This document shows positions 30,346-40,746 of a DNA stretch of 64,000 bases, piece after piece. Both the position numbers and the translations under genes were made by a program. The DNA comes from Vulcanimicrobiota bacterium (GTDB lineage Bacteria > Vulcanimicrobiota > Vulcanimicrobiia > Vulcanimicrobiales > Vulcanimicrobiaceae), in the NCBI GenBank assembly GCA_963733295.1, contig CAVTCS010000003.1, positions 1,216,001-1,280,000 on the forward strand. The letters run 5' to 3'. The notes under the pieces were generated by a model. The model saw only the letters and a program-made list of their open reading frames with translations. It was not told the DNA's origin and made no database searches. Position 1 is the first letter of the stretch, and every line of letters starts with the position of its first letter.

Positions 30346-31359
30346 ATGGCCAAAACGGCAGACGCATCGCGGACGCAACTCGGCCCAGAACAGCTGCGCA
30401 CGCTTCTTAGCAACATGCTTCTACAACGAGCTGTGGATAACCGCGGCTTTCAACTGAACCGTCAAGGCAAGATCGCGATCGCGATGGGTTCGGAAGGCCA
30501 CGAGGCCGTTCAAGCGGGCACGGGCCTGGCGTTCCAGCGCGGCAAGGACATCCTGTTTCCTTATTACCGCAACACGGGACTGACGCTCGCGTGCGGCTTA
30601 CCGCTCGCCGACCTCTTCCGTTCGCAATTCGCGCGGGCGACCGACCGTACCAAAGGGCGGCAGATCATCAACCACACGACGGCTCGCGACCTCGGGATCG
30701 CATCGATCAGTTCGATCATCGCTGCGCAGTGCACGCATGCCGTAGGAGCCGCATTTGCATTAAAGTACCGCAAAGAAGCCGACCGCGCGGTTTTCTGTCA
30801 GTTCGGCGAAGGCGCTACGAGCGAAGGCGAGTGGCACGAAGCGCTCAACTTCGCCGCAGTTCAGCGCTTGCCGATCGTCTTCGTGTGCGAGAACAATCGC
30901 TGGGCGATTTCGACCCCGCAGTCCAAGCAAATGGTCAACCCTGACGTCGCGGCGAGGGCCACCGGTTACGGCCTGCAAGGAACGATCGTCGACGGCTTCG
31001 ATCCGATCGCCGTCTACGGCGCAGTCTCGACCGCGCGCGAGCGCGCGGTTTCCGGAGGCGGTGCGACGCTCGTCGAAGCGAAATGTTACCGATTCCTTTC
31101 CCACACGACCGACGACGACGATCGAACCTATCGTTCGCGCGAGGAAGTCGAAGCGCAACGCAAGCTCGACCCCGTCCCGCGCTTCGAGCGCCGGCTCATC
31201 GACCACGGCGTCGTGACGAAGGAGCAGCTCGAGGCGCTGCGCGCCGAGATTTCGGCGCGCGTCAACGCGACGACCGACGAAATCGAGCGCGAGGCAGCGC
31301 CCGTCGCCGCCGACCTTTACGGCGACGTCTGGGAGGGCGACGAGTCACCCTGGGTTTGA
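30346..31359 (+). CDS. 2-oxoacid dehydrogenase E1 alpha subunit (branched-chain type)
   Basis: GHEA.Q, PYYR, GEG...NN TPP motif, YR..SH..DD. Confidence 0.9.
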   Translation: MAKTADASRTQLGPEQLRTLLSNMLLQRAVDNRGFQLNRQGKIAIAMGSEGHEAVQAGTGLAFQRGKDILFPYYRNTGLTLACGLPLADLFRSQFARATDRTKGRQIINHTTARDLGIASISSIIAAQCTHAVGAAFALKYRKEADRAVFCQFGEGATSEGEWHEALNFAAVQRLPIVFVCENNRWAISTPQSKQMVNPDVAARATGYGLQGTIVDGFDPIAVYGAVSTARERAVSGGGATLVEAKCYRFLSHTTDDDDRTYRSREEVEAQRKLDPVPRFERRLIDHGVVTKEQLEALRAEISARVNATTDEIEREAAPVAADLYGDVWEGDESPWV

Positions 31360-31373
31360 GGGGCTCCGGTCGC

Positions 31374-31577
31374 TCATGAGAACCTTAGCGACGCTCGCAC
31401 AAACCTTTTCATTCTTCTGGTTGTAGACTCGGCCCGGCCCGGTCGGAAATGAATCCAGAACCAGTCTCCGGTCAGAGCGCACCACTGGACCACATCCGTT
31501 TCGGTGATCGTCCGGCCGCGCGTCGTCTCGCGGTCGCCGATTCGCAATTCGCTATAGGTGCGGTCGAGCAACTTCAC
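31374..31577 (-). pseudogene. Truncated MaoC-family dehydratase/hydratase
   Basis: GTG coupled to upstream stop; GRTITETDVVQWCALTGDWFWIH, then similarity lost near 31449. Confidence 0.75.
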
Positions 31578-32157
31578 CTCGCGAAGCCGGTCGGGAGAGG
31601 CGCCGGCGGACTTACCCCTGGAGGCGGGTCGATCTTCATCGGCGCGTTGAACTGCGAATAGACGTAAGCGCTGTCGAACGTGCCGTCCGGACGCCGGTTT
31701 TCGATTCGGTACGTCAACCCGTCGGCCTGTCCGATCCAAACCGTCGCGACGGCCTTCTCGGGCGTCGTGATCTCGTAGCGCCGCATCAGGACGTTGCCCA
31801 GTTTCGCATCGCCGAGATCTTTGATATCCGCTTTCTGCAGCGCCCCGATCGCGTCTTCGATCACGCTGTGCTCGAACGGCGGCTCGTTCCCAGTGATCTG
31901 GGCGGTCCACAGACCGCTGTCTCCGCGAACGTACTGGGTCTTGCCGATCCAAATGATCTCCGTGTTTCCGTAGGTCAGCCGGTAGCGATCGGGCGCGACG
32001 TAGTCGACATCGGTCGTCGTGCCGCCCTCGCGATGCATGTGGACCGAATGTATGCGCTCGAAGGCTCGAGCACTCTTGACGAGAGTATCGTAGTTGCTGT
32101 CGGCCGCGGAGGCCGCGCCTGCGCACACCAAGACGAGCGCGACGATGCGGGCCAGCT

Positions 32158-32161
<4 letters not shown>
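31574..32161 (-). CDS. Secreted LolA/LppX-like protein
   Basis: Signal peptide; [26 protein letters not shown]. Confidence 0.65.
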
Positions 32162-33989
<1,828 letters not shown>

Positions 33990-33990
<1 letters not shown>

Positions 33991-34268
33991 CAGTAATAGT
34001 AGCCCACGCAGGCCGAGTTGCGGACCGCGCCGGCGAGCCAGCCGACGAAGATCAAGACGACCAGAAACGCGATGTCGAGGCCGCCGACCGGGGGAATGAT
34101 GCGCCGCACTGGCATCAGAACGGGCTCGACGATTCTGGCGACGTAGCCGCTCCAGCGCCCCTGGATGCTCGGAATCCACGACGCAACCGCATAGAGGAGC
34201 ATGACGACCGTAAAGGCGCGCAAGGCGAAGGAGAGGATCACGCCAGCGCTACATGAGAGGGACCCCAC
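33990..34268 (-). CDS. YggT family membrane protein
   Basis: [22 protein letters not shown]. Confidence 0.88.
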
Positions 34269-34298
34269 TCCCGGTGGGTTCGGCGTCGGCCTTCGCGA

Positions 34299-35249
34299 CT
34301 ACTTGAGGCTCGCCAGGACCCTATCCGGGACGCCGTGCAGATACGGCTGGGGATCGACCGCCTTCCCGTCGAGCATGATTTGATAGTGGAGATGCGGCCC
34401 GGTGGACTCGCCGGTCGACCCGACTGCGGCGATCGGTTGAGCCTTTCGAACGTACTCGCCCTGGTGGACGTCGATTCTCGAGAGATGTGCGTACCACGTG
34501 TGGTAGCCGTTACCGTGGTCGATATCGACCTTGAGTCCGTATCCGCCGTCCCAGCCGGCCGCCACGACGATGCCCGCCGCCGCCGCGCGCACTTGGTCGC
34601 CGTAGTCCGCCGTCAGGTCCACTCCGCTGTGGAATTCGGGCCACGGGATCAGGCGCCAACCGAAACCCGAAGCGATGTCCCCGCCGCCGGCAGGCATGAT
34701 GGAGGGAATCGCGGCGAGCAGTTCCGCTCGAGAAATTTCTTCGAGTCGCCGCATATTGAGCACGCGCAGCGCGATCTCGCGCAGACGGTCGTCGTCGCCG
34801 CGCACCTGCGCCGAGTGTACTCGTAAGCGCGCCATCCGCCTTGCGACGGCGTCGAAGTCGCTGCCGCGTGGCGTCGTCATGGAGCGCCGGTCGTCAGGCG
34901 ACGGTGCCGGCTGCGCCGCCGGTGCGTTCGCTGCGGCCTTGCCGCCGTCGCCGATCATCTTGCGAATGCGGTCGTTTTGTTGCTCGATGGCGCGAAGTTC
35001 GCCGTCGAGTTCCGCTGCTTGCGCGTCGATTTGCTGCAAACGTTGGCTTTGGTCCACGGTGAGATTTCGCAACTCGCCGACGCGTCTCTCGGCGTGCCAC
35101 ATCGTGAAGCCGTACCAACCCGCGACGCCTCCGAAAGTCAGCAAGCTGAAGATCGCACCGAAGACGAGATGGGCGCGCGTGAATTCGAAACGGAAGACGC
35201 GGTAACCGAAGGGCGGTACGATCTTGACCAGGTATCCGGCCTTCTTCAT
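34299..35249 (-). CDS. M23 family peptidase with TM and coiled coil
   Basis: HSGVD, YAHLS, STGPHLHY. Confidence 0.92.
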   Translation of the reverse strand: MKKAGYLVKIVPPFGYRVFRFEFTRAHLVFGAIFSLLTFGGVAGWYGFTMWHAERRVGELRNLTVDQSQRLQQIDAQAAELDGELRAIEQQNDRIRKMIGDGGKAAANAPAAQPAPSPDDRRSMTTPRGSDFDAVARRMARLRVHSAQVRGDDDRLREIALRVLNMRRLEEISRAELLAAIPSIMPAGGGDIASGFGWRLIPWPEFHSGVDLTADYGDQVRAAAAGIVVAAGWDGGYGLKVDIDHGNGYHTWYAHLSRIDVHQGEYVRKAQPIAAVGSTGESTGPHLHYQIMLDGKAVDPQPYLHGVPDRVLASLK

Positions 35250-35722
35250 GAGGCGAGCGCCGAGCGAGCTCCGGTCCGCGCGTCCGAAAGCGCCTGGATT
35301 TCCTCTTTGGAAGCACCCTGCTGAGTGGCAAAGCCACGGACGGCTTTACCGTACGTGCGAGTTTCTTCCCGCGAGTAGATGCTCGTGATCAAAACGCCGT
35401 CGCCCTCGCGATTCAGAAGCGCCAAAGTAAACGAGAGATCGGAACCTACGTCGCTGAACGAATTGTAGCGCACGAACCCGACGCGGTACACCTCGAGGCG
35501 CGCGACCGACTCGAGTTCGGCGAGCCGTTCTTCGGTCCCCTTGCTGAAAGCGAGATGCGCGCCGCGCAGACGGGCGACCGAGTCCCCGGCCACACCTTCG
35601 TCCTCACCGCGGAGCGCCCGTGCGATCGCGCGGAAGCGCGGACCCACGACGAGCAGATGATACAAGGCTAGCGTGAGCAGGGCTATGCCGAATACCAAGC
35701 AGCCGAGCAGTTCTAAGGGCAT
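35246..35722 (-). CDS. DUF4446 family protein
   Basis: VRYNSFSDVGSDLSF, SIYSREETRTYGK. Confidence 0.85.
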   Translation of the reverse strand: MPLELLGCLVFGIALLTLALYHLLVVGPRFRAIARALRGEDEGVAGDSVARLRGAHLAFSKGTEERLAELESVARLEVYRVGFVRYNSFSDVGSDLSFTLALLNREGDGVLITSIYSREETRTYGKAVRGFATQQGASKEEIQALSDARTGARSALAS

Positions 35723-35776
35723 CGCGAGCCTTATATGCGCTACCTCCCGTGCGGACCCCCGCAGGAAGGGTAGCCC

Positions 35777-35883
<107 letters not shown>

Positions 35884-35895
35884 GAGGCGAGAGCA

Positions 35896-36111
35896 TTATA
35901 ACACACGCTCGCGGTGCCCGGGACCGTGTTCGCCGCCGATCGCGTCGGCCACAAAGAAGCAGGCGCGACCTGTTGCGTGTGCTGCCCGAGCCGCCAAACG
36001 GCGGAGGGAACGCGTGTGACGAGTACCGTGCACGCTGCGGAGTGCGGCCGCCTCGCGCAACAGATCGTCGCGACGACTTCGGGCGATGGAACTGATTGCG
36101 TGGAGATTCAT
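35896..36111 (-). CDS. Small Arg/Ala-rich hypothetical protein
   Basis: AGGAG RBS; 71 aa; RRDDLLREA helix. Confidence 0.65.
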   Translation of the reverse strand: MNLHAISSIARSRRDDLLREAAALRSVHGTRHTRSLRRLAARAAHATGRACFFVADAIGGEHGPGHRERVL

Positions 36112-36140
36112 GAGGTACTCCTAGATGAATGGAAGGAATT

Positions 36141-36167
36141 GAAAAGGCCCCCGCTCTTGCGGAGGCC
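36141..36167 (-). terminator. Intrinsic terminator / possible attenuator
   Basis: GGCCTCCGC-AAGA-GCGGGGGCC-TTTT. Confidence 0.75.
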
Positions 36168-36193
36168 ACAGACGATCGAACCGGTAGCAAACG

Positions 36194-36313
36194 CTACGTT
36201 CGTCGTACGTAATTCCGCGCCGAGAGAGATGACAGGCCAACACCGCAGCCGCGAAGCGCAACCGGCATTCCGTTGATGGCCCAGTCGAGATTTCGTCCGA
36301 AGAATTCAGTCAC
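36194..36313 (-). CDS. Putative 39-aa leader/small peptide MTEFFGRNLDWAINGMPVALRGCGVGLSSLSARNYVRRT
   Basis: AAAGGAG 8 nt before GTG; lies between promoter and terminator. Confidence 0.5.
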   Translation of the reverse strand: MTEFFGRNLDWAINGMPVALRGCGVGLSSLSARNYVRRT

Positions 36314-36363
36314 TACGGTGTCTCCTTTCTCTCGCGCGCTGCGAGCGAGTGCGTCGTCAAAGA

Positions 36364-36393
36364 AGATTACCATGCGAAGGCATGTTGCGTCAA
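36364..36393 (-). promoter_or_regulatory. Sigma70-type promoter TTGACG-N18-TAATCT with internal palindrome
   Basis: CATGC-GAAG-GCATG at 36371-36384 in the spacer. Confidence 0.6.
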
Positions 36394-36418
36394 ACTCCGC
36401 GGAGCGCGAAAGCGCCTG

Positions 36419-37441
36419 TTAGTGTGGACCGACGTAGTACGGCGTCGGCGTCGGATAACCGGGCGGATACGTCGGCGGCGGATAGCCCGGCTGATACGTC
36501 GGCGGCGGGTACCCGGGCGGCGCCGGATAGCCGGGCGGCGGTGCATAGCCCGGGGGTGTCGGCGTCGCGAACGGATTCGCAGCAGGCGGAATCATCGATG
36601 GCGGCGGCGTCGCGGGAAGATCGTCGCCGTAAAGCACGGCGGCGTATCCGATCCCCTTGCTGAGCTTGAGCGGATCGCTTCCGCCCGAAGATGTAACCAC
36701 CCCACTCGAGAGCGAGGTATCGGCACTGTACGCCACCAGGCGCGGTTTGTGTTTTTTCGACATATCGTAAAGCGCTACGATGAAGCCGCGGTTCGGCGTC
36801 TGCTCTTCCTTGGGAATTGTAAAGCGCACCGCGTCGAGTGAACTCAGCTCGATGTCGGTTGCGGGGAGAAAATATCCGCGCACGATCGCCGTCTGATGAA
36901 GGAAGGTTTGGACGTTGCCGGTCGGCGCGGGCGAGGGCGCCGGCGGTGCGTCGCTTGGATAGATCGTGGTTTTCGTTTCGATCTTCGGGCCGCTCGGAAC
37001 GGGCGTCGGACGTCGCACGACCGCAGGACTCGCCGAGGCCCCTGCCGGCGCATTCCCGCTAGCGGCCGGCGAAGGCGAGGGTCCCGCGCTAGGCACAGCC
37101 GTCGAGCTGGCGGACGGCGATGGAGAACGTGCTCCTGCGGCGTTCGCCGGAGGCGACGGAGTGGCCGGGTGAAGCTGCAGTGCGACGCCGAATCCGCCTA
37201 CCGCCGGAAGCGGGATGTTCGCTTCATCGGGCAGCAGGTAGACTGCCCCTTCGACGGTCCGAGTCCGCGTATAGGCGGCGGCCTGAGGCGCGCCGGCTCC
37301 TCCCGCCGGCGGCGCCGGCGCGTATGCACCTGGTGCTTGCGGCAGACCGGGAGTTCCCATGCTACTCTGGCAAGCCGTCACCGCTACGGCGAGGCTGGCG
37401 AGAGCGACGTATATCAGGCTACGACCGGTCACTAGAGGCAC
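36419..37441 (-). CDS. Proline-rich lipoprotein
   Basis: Lipobox VTAC; C-terminal PPGY/PPTY repeats. Confidence 0.75.
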   Translation of the reverse strand: MPLVTGRSLIYVALASLAVAVTACQSSMGTPGLPQAPGAYAPAPPAGGAGAPQAAAYTRTRTVEGAVYLLPDEANIPLPAVGGFGVALQLHPATPSPPANAAGARSPSPSASSTAVPSAGPSPSPAASGNAPAGASASPAVVRRPTPVPSGPKIETKTTIYPSDAPPAPSPAPTGNVQTFLHQTAIVRGYFLPATDIELSSLDAVRFTIPKEEQTPNRGFIVALYDMSKKHKPRLVAYSADTSLSSGVVTSSGGSDPLKLSKGIGYAAVLYGDDLPATPPPSMIPPAANPFATPTPPGYAPPPGYPAPPGYPPPTYQPGYPPPTYPPGYPTPTPYYVGPH

Positions 37442-37592
37442 CGCGTCGGTTTCGGGCCCGCCTCGTGTGCCGCCTTTGGAGGGAACATCATTAGGTTAAC
37501 GACGCGCCCGGCAAAAACGTGAGCGTCTCGCCGCGCGGGGGCCCTTCGCGCACAGCCTCGAAATGCGCCCACCAATTTCCTTGAGGTACCTC

Positions 37593-37814
37593 ATGTCCGA
37601 CGAAGTTGAGATCATGATTCGCCCCACGGGGCCGTACATCGTACGTGGACGCGTACGGTTGCACTACGCAGACGGCACCGAATTCGACCTCGGCGGCAAG
37701 GAGAACATCGCGCTTTGCCGCTGCGGCGCTTCGACGACGAAACCGTTTTGCGACGGAACGCATAGCAAGATCGGTTTCCTCGCGGCGACGCAAGCCGTCA
37801 AGGAATCCGAATAG
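37593..37814 (+). CDS. CDGSH iron-sulfur domain protein
   Basis: GPY, LCRCGASTTKPFCDGTH. Confidence 0.92.
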   Translation: MSDEVEIMIRPTGPYIVRGRVRLHYADGTEFDLGGKENIALCRCGASTTKPFCDGTHSKIGFLAATQAVKESE

Positions 37815-39120
37815 CGCTCGCGAGCGCAGGTACGACGGAGCCGGTTACCTCGCCGAAACCGATGCGCGGGTGCGCTCCGCTCGGCCCGCACGATGCGCGC
37901 ATCACAACCCGATCCCCGTCTTCGAGAAAGCTGCGCGTGCTGCCGTCAGCGAGCGTCAAGGGATGCGCTCCGCGCCACGTCAACTCGATCATGCTGCCGT
38001 AACTGGCGGGATCGGCCCCCGAGATCGTTCCCGAAGCGCATAAGTCACCGGCGCGAATCGTCGCGCCGTTTGAGGTCAGGTGCGCCAACTGCTGCGCCAC
38101 GCTCCAATACAAGCCGCGCATATTGCCGTGCGAGATGCGCTGCGGCGGCGTTCCCGCGCGCAGCATCGCGTCCGAGGCGAGCTCGACTTCGAGCGCGACG
38201 TCAAACGAACGCGGCTCGGCGTCCTGCAGGTAGGCGAACGGCTTGGGCTCTTGTGCCGGGCCCGGCACGCGGTACGCTTCGAGCGCTTCGAGGCTGACGA
38301 TCCAGGGCGAGATCGACGTCGCAAACGACTTCCCGAGAAACGGGCCGAGTGGCTGGTACTCCCAGGCTTGAATGTCGCGCGCGCTCCAATCGTTGACGAG
38401 CACGAGACCGAAGATGAGATCGCGCGCGCGTTCGATCGAGACGGGCGCACCGAGTGCGGAGCCGTTTGCCGTCACGAAACCCATCTCGAGCTCGAAATCG
38501 AGCATGCGCGACGGACCAAAGTCCGGCGCTTCGGCGCCGGTGCCTTTCCGCTGGCCGGTCGGCCGCACGACCGGCGTACCGCTGACGACGACGGTGCCGC
38601 TCCGGCCGTGATAACCCACCGGCAAGTACCGCCAGTTGGGCAGCAGCGGCTCGCTGCCGGGACGCAAGATCTTGCCCAGATTCGACGCGTGTTCGAGCGA
38701 CGAGTAAAAGTCGACGTAGTCGCCGATTTGAACGGGCAGCAGCAACTCGACGGCGTTTTGCCGCACGATGGCGCTTTCGGCGATGCCTGCATCGAGCAGC
38801 TCGCGATTGCCGGCGGCGAGCAAGGCGGACAGTCGCGCGCGCAGCGCATGCCAGGTAAGCCGGCCGCGTCCTGCAAGTTCGTTGAGCGATCCTTCGGCGA
38901 ACAGCGACTCAGCGTCCGCGACGGCCGGCGATAGCAGGCCGGCGGCCGCGACCGCGCGCAGGTCGAGCACGTCGTCGCCGATCGCGACGCCGGGGCGCGC
39001 TTCGCCGGCGACTCGAAAAACGCCGTACGGCAGATTTTGAATCGGAAAGTCACCGGTCTTGCTCGCCGGGAGCCAAGAGCGCAATTCCGGATCGTTCGCG
39101 TCGTATTCCGACGCGCTCAT
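37798..39120 (-). CDS. fahA: Fumarylacetoacetase
   Basis: FPIQNLPYGVF, DYVDFYSS..HA, DFELE, NDWSARDIQ, ASGTISG. Confidence 0.96.
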   Translation of the reverse strand: MSASEYDANDPELRSWLPASKTGDFPIQNLPYGVFRVAGEARPGVAIGDDVLDLRAVAAAGLLSPAVADAESLFAEGSLNELAGRGRLTWHALRARLSALLAAGNRELLDAGIAESAIVRQNAVELLLPVQIGDYVDFYSSLEHASNLGKILRPGSEPLLPNWRYLPVGYHGRSGTVVVSGTPVVRPTGQRKGTGAEAPDFGPSRMLDFELEMGFVTANGSALGAPVSIERARDLIFGLVLVNDWSARDIQAWEYQPLGPFLGKSFATSISPWIVSLEALEAYRVPGPAQEPKPFAYLQDAEPRSFDVALEVELASDAMLRAGTPPQRISHGNMRGLYWSVAQQLAHLTSNGATIRAGDLCASGTISGADPASYGSMIELTWRGAHPLTLADGSTRSFLEDGDRVVMRASCGPSGAHPRIGFGEVTGSVVPALASAIRIP

Positions 39121-40037
39121 GCGCGCGGCAGAATTCCGCCGGCGCGCAAATCGTCGACCGGCTCGGCGAAACTGCAACTCCCGAACGAGCGGATGACGCG
39201 CATGCGGGCCGCACCGATCGCCTCGCGCTCCGAAATCCGGCCGCGCCAGGCGAATGCGTCGTCGTCGAGTCTGAAATGTGCGACGTCCTCGTCGGCCAGG
39301 ACTTCGGTCAGCGCCTCCTCATCGACGAGGATGCCCGACGCCGCCAGGACTGCGGCGCCCACGACGTTGACGAACCCGTGCATCGCGCCGCCCGATGCAG
39401 GGTCATAGTGCCGAAAGGGGTGGTGCAAACCGGCCGTCGCTTTAAATGGAACGTCCGACTTGCACGCCGTCGCTAGAAAGCGCGCGACGGTAGCAGGTTC
39501 GGGCACGTCGGCGGATGTCGCGCCGCCACAACGCAGCTTCGCGCAGATGTCGAGTTGGCGGTTCGCACGCTCTTCATGGAGTGCCCCGAAGGCGGCTTCG
39601 AGGTCGTCGGCGCCGGTAAGTTCGACGAACAGCGAAGGCCGCTCGCTCCAACCAGCTTCATCGACTGCTGCCGCCAGCGTTGCGACGCGCTGCTTCGCGT
39701 TCGCGCCGCGCGCGTTCGCGAGCCGCGTTTCGATCGCTTCGATCGCGAACCGGTCGGCGCGTTCAGCTTGCAACCGCGCGAGACCGGCGAGCTCCGCTTC
39801 CGCGGCGCCGGCGTCGACCACCACGCTACATCCCAACGGGTCCGGTGAGTCGTCCAGCAACCGTGCGAGCGCGGCGACTTGGCTTGCGGGGACGACGAAC
39901 CGCCCAAGCATCCAATACTCCGCCCCGGCTGCGGCGCGTTCGTTCGCAGCAAGTGCTTCGGCCAGCGAGAGCCCGGCCGGCGGAAAGAGTCCTGCGTCGT
40001 CGATCAATTCGCCGAGGAAGGCTCGCAGCGCGCTCAT
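39117..40037 (-). CDS. Conserved hypothetical protein coupled to fahA
   Basis: IDDAGLFPPA, KLRCGG, FKATAGLHHP, HGFVN, SFGSCSFAEP; ATGA overlap with fahA. Confidence 0.8.
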   Translation of the reverse strand: MSALRAFLGELIDDAGLFPPAGLSLAEALAANERAAAGAEYWMLGRFVVPASQVAALARLLDDSPDPLGCSVVVDAGAAEAELAGLARLQAERADRFAIEAIETRLANARGANAKQRVATLAAAVDEAGWSERPSLFVELTGADDLEAAFGALHEERANRQLDICAKLRCGGATSADVPEPATVARFLATACKSDVPFKATAGLHHPFRHYDPASGGAMHGFVNVVGAAVLAASGILVDEEALTEVLADEDVAHFRLDDDAFAWRGRISEREAIGAARMRVIRSFGSCSFAEPVDDLRAGGILPRA

Positions 40038-40090
40038 CGCCGCAAGCTACGCCGCAGGTCCGAACGACACCGCCCGCCTAAGAGAAAAAC

Positions 40091-40741
40091 ATCACACAAG
40101 AAGAACGCCCGCCCGCACCCGAACTTTACATCTCGACCGACGTGGAAGCGAACGGCCCGTGTCCCGGACTCTTTTCCATGCTGAGCTTCGGAATGGCCGC
40201 CTTTACCGTCGAAAAGGAACTCGTCGGGACGTTCTCACGAAATCTCGAACTGCTCGAAGGCGCCGGACTCGATGACCGCACGATGCAGTGGTGGGGCACG
40301 ACCGAAAACCTCGGCGCGTACTACCTCTCGCGCGAGGATCTCGTAGCTCCGCGCACCGCGATGCTTGAGTGCAAGGCTTGGCTCGAGGAGATGCGCCGTT
40401 TCGGCAAACCGATCGTCTGCGGCGCGCCGAGCGGATTTGATTTCACGTTCATCTACTACTACTTTCAGCGCGAGTTGGGCGAGAGCACCGTCGGCTTCGC
40501 GAGCCTCGACCTGCGGAGCTACGCCGCCGCCGCACTCAAACGCCAATACCGTCAAGTCGGGAAGCGCCAACTTCCACCTGAGTGGATCGACGAGGGTCTC
40601 CCGCATACGCACGTCGCGCTCGACGACGCGATCGAGCAGGGCTGCATCCTCATCAACATCATCCGGGCGAACCTGGGTTTGCCCCACCTGCCGCAAATGA
40701 TCGACTCGCGAGCGGGCGCCCCCGAGCGCCAGGCTTCCTAA
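40091..40741 (+). CDS. DEDDh 3'-5' exonuclease (probable ATC start)
   Basis: YISTDVE (ExoI), GFD (ExoII), HVALDDA (ExoIII). Confidence 0.85.
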   Translation: MTQEERPPAPELYISTDVEANGPCPGLFSMLSFGMAAFTVEKELVGTFSRNLELLEGAGLDDRTMQWWGTTENLGAYYLSREDLVAPRTAMLECKAWLEEMRRFGKPIVCGAPSGFDFTFIYYYFQRELGESTVGFASLDLRSYAAAALKRQYRQVGKRQLPPEWIDEGLPHTHVALDDAIEQGCILINIIRANLGLPHLPQMIDSRAGAPERQAS

Positions 40742-40746
40742 AAGGC

